A DNA stretch of 64,000 nucleotides from Octopus sinensis. Its lineage: Eukaryota. The position numbers were made by a program, and so were the translations under genes. The DNA is taken from the NCBI RefSeq assembly GCF_006345805.1, contig NC_043007.1, positions 45,632,001 through 45,696,000 of the forward strand, in the 5' to 3' direction. Each line of letters begins with the position of its first letter. Position 1 is the stretch's first letter. The notes below the pieces were generated by a model. The model made no database searches and was not told the DNA's origin. It saw nothing but the letters and a program-made list of their open reading frames with translations. Positions 54,799 through 64,000 of this stretch are shown piece after piece.

Positions 54799-55102
54799 TG
54801 GTAGAGTATATTGTCAAAGTGCTTCACCGTATTTTTTATTGAGTGTGTATGCCTCCATGATCAACTTTACTTTCGTTAAAGTGTCTATAAAAAGGGGTCT
54901 AAACCAAGTTGGCAATATGGAAGAACTATAAGAAGACAGCAGAGGATGTTCTGCTTTTTTACGTGCTGAGTTCAAATCGTACTATACTGCTTAGGTAGCA
55001 GATTTTGTTTCATCAACTGGAACTTCGTCAGTTATGAACATGCAGTGGGATGACTATTCCAACAACCTTGTATTAGTTTAACAAGCCTAAGCAAGCAATA
55101 TT

Positions 55103-55490
55103 CTTTTCTACTCCAGGCACAAGGCCTGGAATTTTGGGGGATTGGGCCAGTCGATTACATCGAACACAGCGCGCAAATGGTACTTAATTTACCGATTCCG
55201 AAAGGATGAAAGGCAAAGTTGACCACGGTGGAATTTGAACTCAGACAGACGAAATACCTATTTCTTTACTACCCACAAGGGGCTAAACACGGAGAGGACA
55301 AACAAGGACAGACAAACGGATTAAGTCGAGTATATCGACTTCAGTGCGCAACTGGTACTTATTTAATCGACCCCGAAAGGATGAAAGGCAAAGTCGACCT
55401 CGGTGGAATTTGAATTCACAACGTAACGGCAAATGAAATACCGCTGAGCGTTTCGCCTGACGTGCTAACGCTTCTGCCAGCTCGCCGTCT
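55103..55490 (-). mobile_element. SINE family A, dimeric form
   Basis: Same structure as 1860-2252. Confidence 0.85.
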
Positions 55491-56080
55491 TCAAAGCCAG
55501 CAATATTGAGACCGTTATTATCAAATAACATCTCAGATGAGCCGGTAATGTCCTTAGCATGAATGACAACATACTGCCATGCCAAACTTTGTGCATCTAA
55601 CTCAGTATCGACAACAGCTCATGCGGCTGCACCCAAGCAATGCTACAAAAACCAACAGAAGCAGACGATGAAGAATATTAATATCAACTGTAAATATGGA
55701 GAGCAATACGTAGAAGACTAAATAACGTGGCGTCACATGATGAAGTGTAACGAAGAACATGTTGAAGAACGTTGCTGAAGTGAAGAAATGAAGTAGATAA
55801 ACGGCTACGGCGAAAGATCTGCGAACCTCGATCAAGGCTGTCACCGATTACTAATTGTAGCCGGTGCAGAAGATTGTTCCACTCTCAGATCAGTCTTGTC
55901 GGCCATCAGAAGCACTGCAATACTGACACAACATAAATGAGCAAAGTAATACTCGGAAACATACATACACACATTCATACATACATACATACATACATAC
56001 ATACATACATACATACATTCAGACATACATACATACATATATACATACATATATATATATACACACACACACACACATAT

Positions 56081-56112
<32 letters not shown>

Positions 56113-56386
56113 GTGTGTGTGTGTGTGAAGGTGCGTGACTTAGTGTTTAGGGCATTTGGCTCGCGATCGTAAGGTCGTGAGTTCAATTCCCGGCGACGCG
56201 TTTTGTCCTTGAGCAAGACACTTTATTTCACGTTGCTCGAGTCCACTCAGAAGGGTTTGGTCGGCCTGAGGCGATAGTAGAAGACACTTGCCCAAGAGGC
56301 CACACAGTGGGACTGTACCCGGAGCCATATATATATATATATATAATATATATATTATATATATATATATATATTTATATATACAC

Positions 56387-56602
56387 TGAGAAAAAGGATG
56401 TAGTCAGAATTTTGGATAATTTATTAGCGTTTCCGTTCGTTTAACCGACCTCATCTGAACAAAACTGTCATTTTGGTTTTAATTTCTAATTTGAAGAGTT
56501 CGGTCAAACGAACGGAAGCGGTAATAAATAATTATCCAAAATTTTGACTACCTCCTTTTCCTCAATATGCAATATCTGTGCACCACTTCAAACACTCTAT
56601 AC

Positions 56603-56605
<3 letters not shown>
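56387..56605 (+). mobile_element. Fold-back element in (TA)n/(CA)n with degenerate hammerhead-like motifs
   Basis: ~70-bp arms (56387-56564). Right arm TTGAAGA-GTTCG(GTCAAA)CGAAC-GGAAGCGGTA; left arm carries the inverse. Confidence 0.6.
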
Positions 56606-56657
<52 letters not shown>

Positions 56658-57479
56658 CTATATGTATACATATATATATATTATGCATATATATATATAT
56701 ATATATATATGTGTACGTACGTATATATGCATGTATATATTAAAAGAATTTATTCAATTTACTATTGTACACATGTTTCAGTAATGAACTTATACGTTTC
56801 ACTTAGCAAATATACTTAATACCTTCCTCAAATTTAATTTACATAAATGTCAAAAGGTGTTTGATATTATGCGTTGAAACACGCATGAAACGTAGGGTGA
56901 GCCAGGAAACAATGAATTTTAATGAATGGGAGGGAAATGCTCAAAACTAGAGGATTATGTAATAGTTAATTTTATAAACTCTATAGAAGATACACTGTTT
57001 GAAAAAGAATAACGCTAACAATTTCGGGAAATTTTTTGGAATGTGAGACTTTCCAGTTTTTTGGATCTGCTTCAATGATACACACATATAAACACATATA
57101 GAAACACAAGCATAATTCATTGCTCTTATTTCAAAAAAATCTCACCGAAATCAAACCAACTCCCATGTCTTCCTTTCGAGGACAATAAAATTTCAATTGT
57201 AGGGAGTCGATCTCCCGTGTCTTTGGATTTAACCCGTAATTCAAATATCCAGCCTTGTTGTCAAGCTGATTGAAGTTGAAAAATAGAAATTAAGAGTACA
57301 CGTGTCAGTGGGGAACTCAACTGCTCATGTTCGTGTACAAACATCCGTCTGATCGAACAAGTGAATATTCATTTCGGAGACTGAAACACTTAGCAAATTA
57401 TGGGTCATTATGTTGGCTTGAAAGTTAAATCTGGTTATATTTTTTTCCGATTATTTTAAACCTTACTCTTCAGCAAGAA

Positions 57480-58340
57480 TTTTAACAAATCAGTCAATAA
57501 ATATTCTTCATTTTATTCCCAACGTTTCAAGAGCTTGTCATTGTCTTACCGTTAGTTGTCACTGGTTCTTAACTCGAAGAATTCATCAAGCAAAATTTTT
57601 AGCTTTCACGTTGTTGTCGATTGAAACGCTTCGCAGACTGATGGACGGCGACCGAAAAGGATGATAGCGTGAAGGCGCTGTAATAGGAGAAAATGGTGGG
57701 CGCAGTCATAATCGAGCTCTTGATAACATTATTAGTCACATTAGCGACGTGGGAGTGAGCATTTTCGCGCTCTAAAAGCACGCTGTGTCACTGGTCGAGT
57801 CGTTTTGACTGGATTGTCACGTTGAGTCGATGCATTTGCTAAACGTAAAGCTATGCATTGACCGTGTGGTTGTTTTCAAGCTTTTCATAGTGGATTAGCC
57901 CTTCCTAATCCTATCAAACGCAAACTATTGTCGCCCGTAGATGTAGATTTGATTTGACTCGAGGTATTGGTTGCTAGTCTGGACTCAATCATTCTTTCCT
58001 CGATTTGATATTGACGTAGAGACGGTAGTCTTCATTGCTGGCGACGATGCGGTAAAGGAATTTCTGTCTCCAGGTGTAACCTGGTGTCAAACGAGCAAAC
58101 TGGCGGTGATAGAGGAGTTCTGGCATTTGTGTCTTTGTGCCAGAGCGTGTGACACCCACGCAAGGAGATTGTGGACGTTAGCTATCAAGCAGATGCGACG
58201 GTCGATGGTATCATGAAGACACCATCTGTTGGGCTAATTGTCTTGGAGATAAGCTCGGATATTCGTGGTTGATATGGTTCAATCGATACTCATTGAATTG
58301 ACGAGATCGGCCGGAATGCCGAGAGTCTGTGATTTTTAGT
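57480..58340 (-). mobile_element. Highly decayed mariner transposase
   Basis: Minus-strand remnants RIVASNEDYRLYVN..RKE*LSPD..PRVK.NLH and ENAHSHVANVT. Confidence 0.65.
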
Positions 58341-60415
58341 TTTTCCCCCTTGAAGAGATGTACGGGTTCAAAATCCTCCTTCCTTTTCTATTTGGTTCTC
58401 CATCGTCATATGGCATATGTAAAATTCATTCAAATTTCGAAAATGATAATCAAGTTGGAGAGGAAGAATAGAACAAAGAAAAAAAGCATACAAAAACAAA
58501 ACAAAAACATAATAGAGAATTATAAAAATATTCATCTTGTTAATTCAAATAACATTGGAAAGAAACGAATAAATTTATCTTACACCCTAACACTTGACTA
58601 AGTAGTATAATCGTCCACCATTTTACTATTTTTACTACGCGAAGAAAAATATATTAAATTCAAGCTAGTCATATCTTCTGTAAGGTTATTTGAAATTATT
58701 GAAACTTTTCTCTTTTGCATCGTGCTTGATGGAATATAAGTTTTCCATTTATGAGTTCAGGTGTACCCGTTATTTCAAGCTCCGTTTCGCAGCATAGCAC
58801 CTTAGATACGTGGTTTGTATTAATAGCCTTGGTACTAACCATACACTGTGAGAGAAATTTCATATCAGGAAATGTGTGGAAGCGTATGAAAGGACCGTTG
58901 CACTGCTTGGCTCATTACTTAATACATCATCACCGAACACTTGGGTGCCTTTGAGCATAATTCTCATTGTTAAAAGAATTAGGGTTTATTGTTCCGTTTG
59001 TACATTACTTTCGTTCTCCTGCCTGTCACTGAAACTTTGTAAAAGACAAATGTCTAAAGCCATTCCTTCCCTGGTTATTAATCTGTTAATGATAAATTAA
59101 AGAGTTTTCTATATGAATGGGTAACATAACCAGAGGTGCATGTTTTTATCTAAAGAGAAAACATTTACAACAATGTTTTCACCTCACAATAAACATCTAC
59201 AGAACTACATTCAACAAAACTGTTTATTTTCCTATATTTGATATGGCAAACAAATATTGTATCAGATCGATATTAAATAAATATCAATATATTCAATTTT
59301 TCCCATCATAGAATTCCTATCTTTATATCTAAATAACAAATTCTCACTTCCTCATCAGTAATCAACTTCATTTCTATGAGAGGAACGCCGCCGCGTTTTT
59401 CAGCATGCATTTTGCTTTCTTATTTATCAAAAGTCGATTAACTGTGTCTATTCAATTTCTGTTCTGAATCAAATATTTACGTGTGATTTAATATTTCATG
59501 GAATTTGGATATTGATAAATTTAGAGGAAAAAAAAACCCCGCCGGTAAATTGCATGATAAAAATACTTTGTATAATATGTTTTCATTAACTTAATTTAGT
59601 CATTTTGACTTGTGCGTTCAAATCTCGTCAGAATCAACATGACTTTTCATTTAGCTTTGCTGAAATGAAAGTAATGTTATTTAGTAGTATCCATATAGAT
59701 TTTGTGTTGAAATCTCTTCAGCACTGTTTGTCTTTTAACCTTCCCATGTCAAGAATATATATATATCTGTGTTAAACTAATGTCAATACAATTAGTTTCA
59801 TCTTCGCTAACAAATATGCGGTTTTTCTGTCGCTCTAAGAAACCGTTAATTGCTTTAATAAATATCGAACGTTCTAAAAGAACTCATAACTGAATGAAAC
59901 ACGAGAAGACGGCTATTATACCTTCGCTAACAAATATTTGGTCTTATATCAGTCTCAGAAATCGCTAGAGCGTTAATTAGTTTCAGTAATATCGAGAGCA
60001 GTAGATAAAGTCGATGCAAACACAGGCCAAGGTTCAGTTCTTATTATAATCCATTTATTTTTCACATATTGTGCTGAAACTCCTGGAAAAGACATCGATG
60101 TTCTAGGATAACACTTTAGCGTCAAATATATAAAATATTTGCGCAAAGTGAAACGGTAGCCAATAATTAGTGTGTGAGCGAATGAGGAAGGTTTTAAATG
60201 ATTATTCGCCCTGTTTGAAATAACAACCAAATCTTGCTAAATTTTCCTAGTCAGACGATTTTTCACGCACACAATATGAGTCGATTCGAAACTATAGGAT
60301 ATTTGCCCAAGGTGATGTTCTATATTATTAACCACGAACCAAGAGTGGTTACGAAGCTAACTTCTGAAGTATTCCAGCGTACTGCGGCTATACACAACAC
60401 AAACACATATGTGCG

Positions 60416-60465
<50 letters not shown>

Positions 60466-60984
60466 AGTGTTTTTGTAATAGAGAAATAGAGTTGCGAGAG
60501 AAAGAGAAAAAAAGACATTTCAGTATATAGAAATTATAAGAGAATCTCTTGTTATTATTCGTGGAGTTATTCTCTAAATTTTCATAACAGGTTTCATAAA
60601 TCACACTCTCAAATAACTTTGATCACAACCCTAACAATAACACCACCTCTATTTTTCCAGCAGCTCATTTTATATTTCCCTTATTTCGTATTTCACAATC
60701 AATTTCTCTTTGAAAGCTTCACAGAATATAGAAAATAACATTTATTGAAATAGGGAATTAAATACGCTTAGCTAAACAGTTTGCTTTGAAAGCTGTTGCT
60801 AGATAGTATAGACGGTCTCAACGTGGGAAACGCTACGAAATGAAATTTCTTATCTGTTAGAGGGTTTTGACAGTTTTTTTAAAGTTGTCCACATATTGTG
60901 TCTAGAGTTTATTTCACGTCACACGTAGATTACATAATAATGCTTATATATACGTATGTATGTATATACTCTGTTTTTTTTTCT

Positions 60985-61305
60985 ATACTTTTACTTCGTG
61001 TTTCAGCCATTAGATTGTGGCCATGCTGGGGCACCGTCTTCATGAACTTTAGTCGAACGAATCGACCCAGTACTTATTATTTTAAAACCTGGTTCTTATT
61101 CTATTGGTAGTTTTGCCGAACCGCTAAGTTACGGGGACATTTTCATACAATTATCGTTTGTTAAGCGGTGTTGGGAGGCAAACAGAGACATCACATAAAG
61201 AAACACATACACAGAAATACGGCGAATTCTTTCAGGTTTTCTTCCAAATCCACTCAAGCATTTGGTCGACGTGAAACTATGGAAACAAAACATTTACCGA
61301 AGGTG
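60985..61305 (-). mobile_element. SINE family B, degenerate
   Basis: GGCCATGCTGGGGCACCG...GCCGAACCGCTAAGTTACGGGGAC. Confidence 0.75.
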
Positions 61306-61496
61306 TCATACCTTCTTCTTCTTCTTCTTCTTCTTCTTCTTCTTCTTCTTCTTCTTCTTCTTCTTCTTCTTGTTTGCATAACAATCACTATATATATATA
61401 TATATATAAAATATTATTCGAGACAAAACCACTATTTTGCAAAACAAACGAGGAAAGACTTAATACATAAATTTTAATAAATAGTCAAAAAAACCG

Positions 61497-61539
61497 CCAC
61501 TACAATCGTTTCCTGTCTTGATCGACAATCTTCAGGTGG
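61497..61539 (-). ncRNA. Minimal type-I hammerhead ribozyme (inverted arm)
   Basis: Reverse complement of 61611-61653. Confidence 0.8.
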
Positions 61540-61610
61540 ACTTCCAATAATTCAGTGTCAAATTAAGAAGTCTTATTGACTTCATAATTTGACACTGAAT
61601 TATTGGAAGT

Positions 61611-61653
61611 CCACCTGAAGATTGTCGATCAAGACAGGAAACGATTGTAGTGG
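61611..61653 (+). ncRNA. Minimal type-I hammerhead ribozyme
   Basis: CCAC-CTGAAGA-TTGTC(GATCAA)GACAG-GAAA-C(GATT)G-TA-GTGG. Full core, stems I and II, GUA cleavage triplet. Confidence 0.82.
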
Positions 61654-61822
61654 CGGTTTTTTTGACTATTTATTAAAATTTATGTATTGATTAAGTCTTT
61701 CCTCGTTTGTTTTGCAAAATAGTGGTTTTGTCTCGAATAATATTTTATAATATTTTACTATAAAATCGATTTAATCCTAAATCTGATTTTTCCCTGTAAA
61801 TTTGGATTTATTCCCTAATATT

Positions 61823-61859
<37 letters not shown>

Positions 61860-61903
61860 TATATATGTATATATATATGTATATATATATATATATAATA
61901 TAT

Positions 61904-61982
<79 letters not shown>

Positions 61983-61990
<8 letters not shown>

Positions 61991-62160
61991 ATTTCGGAAT
62001 GGTCATTTTGCTAGTTTAGTCAATAAGAACACACGCACTATATATTTCGTGTTACTTCGCTTCAGTGTTATTGGCTAAACTGGCAAAATGATCATTCCGA
62101 AATACAACAATGTCTGTTTCAACACACGATTTCACGTAAAAAATATTGCACAACAAATAT
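61983..62160 (+). mobile_element. Small fold-back element in (TA)n
   Basis: ATTGTTGTATTTCGGAATGGTCATTTTGCTAGTTTAGTCAATAA versus TTATTGGCTAAACTGGCAAAATGATCATTCCGAAATACAACAAT, plus a one-sided extension. Confidence 0.7.
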
Positions 62161-62177
62161 ATAAATATATATACGTA

Positions 62178-62246
<69 letters not shown>

Positions 62247-63820
62247 TATGCGTAAGAGAAATGGAAAATGGGTATTCACTTAGTACTCCTTTAGTCCATC
62301 TGTTAATTATGTTTCGTTTTTCTGTAATGCATGCACTCTATAGATGTCATCTGTAGGTGCACCCTATAAGGGCCAACATGTTAAGCAAATACATCAGCAG
62401 ATAATTGAAAGAGAAATACCAGAAGCAACCAGAAATGAAATTTTAACTCTTCGAGTCTAACAAGTGAGGGGAACAGGAAGAGGTAAGTTGGGTTTCCAAC
62501 GCACATAACCACAATTTTTTCTGGTATTCGTAGGAATAAGGATTAGTCTCTGTGCAGAAAATGGGGAGGCAGGTCGCATTTATGTGACCTTGTGATAGAG
62601 GAGGTGTGGACGAATAGTCAACCATCTGCCCATTTTCCTTTTCGCTTGTTATTGCTGTGCTTTTTGAGATTGTGTCATAATCCACCTTCGAATGCTGTGG
62701 TCTCATGTGTACCCAAGACGGTGAGAAGTTTAATACGATCAGTGCTGAAAGCTGAGTGGGCTCCGAGTGACCTATTTCAATGTCATGTTCGTCAAAATAG
62801 CAGTGATTCACAGGTCGACCAAAATCTTGTGAGTGTAATTGGTAGACGGAAAGTGAAAGACGCCCTCACCACACACACATACATGTGCAGGTGTGTGCGT
62901 GTGTGCGTGCGTGTGTGTGTGTGTGTGTGTGCACGCGCGTGCGTGTGTGTGTGTGCTTGTGTGTGTGTGTGTGTGTATGCGTATGTAGGTATGTCATGCT
63001 GAAGACAGTATAAATCGGAATTGAATTAAATATTTTAAACATAAAAGTGCCTTGATGTAGGTGAACTAATAATGTAACGTCATTCGTTCAATGCTATTGA
63101 TGTGCAGACACATAAGAAGAGAAGTCAAATGATGGATTACGTTCACAGTTAGTTGACGGCTGTCAGAAGCAGAAATACGCAGATAAGAATATCCTCCATG
63201 GTAATAGATTTACTAATGACTACTTTCTATTGTAATTGATCTATGCTATTGATTGGGAACTATTATCTCTGAAGAGCGGTCACCAAACTGTGAAATGTTT
63301 TGTTAGGTGACTCACTTCTTTTTCTTCGCTTATAAATCTGTAACATTGAAAGAATGTGTCTGTATTTTTATTTTACCTGCGTAAATCTTTACATTACAGA
63401 CATACGTATAAACACGCAGATACACAGAATCACACTCATACACATATATACTCACACTCAGATATATGTATATATGATATGTGTATATGTATGTACAAAT
63501 ATTTTAATTTTTATTAGAAAGCCACAAACAATGCAATGTATAAGGAATAACACAACTTGATGGTTTCTATATTTACACTGTATTTCAATATTTCGGTGTT
63601 AGGACACCTTATTCGGGAAATTGATTCACCAAACCCCGAAATATTGAAACTCAAAGGAAAAGTTCAAACAATCGACTTGTATTATTTTTTGTAACTTGCA
63701 TTTTCCGCATAAACATATTACAACCATTTATATGTATGAGACAAAGCTTCACACACACTATACTATACCAAACTGTACTACGTATGTATATATGTATGCA
63801 TGAATGTATGTATGCGTATG

Positions 63821-63854
<34 letters not shown>

Positions 63855-63947
63855 ATATCAAATCCGTTCTGTCTGTGTGTGTGTATCTCCTAGGAACTCG
63901 GGCATTCTCCATCCGATTGCGCTCAAATTTGATATGTAGATACCGAA

Positions 63948-64000
63948 GGCGGCGAGCTGGTAGATACGTTAGCACGCCGGGCGAAATGCTTAGTGGCATT
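63948..64000 (+). mobile_element. SINE family A head, cut by the window end
   Basis: GGCGGCGAGCTGGTAGATACGTTAGCACGCCGGGCGAAATGC. Confidence 0.85.

Larger units (their letters stand above)
61405..61827 (+). mobile_element. Near-perfect fold-back element (~168-bp arms, 5-bp loop, ~75-bp extension) in (TA)n
   Basis: 61405-61572 is the reverse complement of 61578-61749, apart from about one substitution and a 4-bp indel. Confidence 0.9.

Noticed and set aside
62344-62460. 38-codon ORF MSSVGAPYKGQH... with nearby splice-like sites
   Set aside because: Short, no recognisable homology, and expected by chance.

Overview
AT-rich, microsatellite-saturated eukaryotic DNA, probably intronic or intergenic. 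The SINE families resemble those I recall from octopus/cephalopod genomes (inference). No intact protein-coding gene is supportable; almost all ORF-track entries are translations of (TA)n, (CA)n, (TAA)n, (TATC)n or (TACA)n. The window holds: decayed R4/Dong-type (RT + CCHC + RLE) LINEs and a ~560-bp non-coding partner repeat, all in (TAA)n tracts; CR1-like and RTE-like LINE fragments; several mariner remnants; many copies of at least three tRNA-headed SINE families, some in tandem; and a 100-N gap. The most notable signal is a set of unrelated short non-coding elements in (TA)n tracts, with fold-back or terminally redundant structure and minimal type-I hammerhead ribozyme motifs. The clearest are at 23843-23887 and 61611-61653/61497-61539, and one is fused to a tRNA-like Pol III head at 24.7-25.1 kb. 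They look like non-autonomous Penelope-like elements or retrozymes. Coordinates were read by eye, so element ends are approximate.
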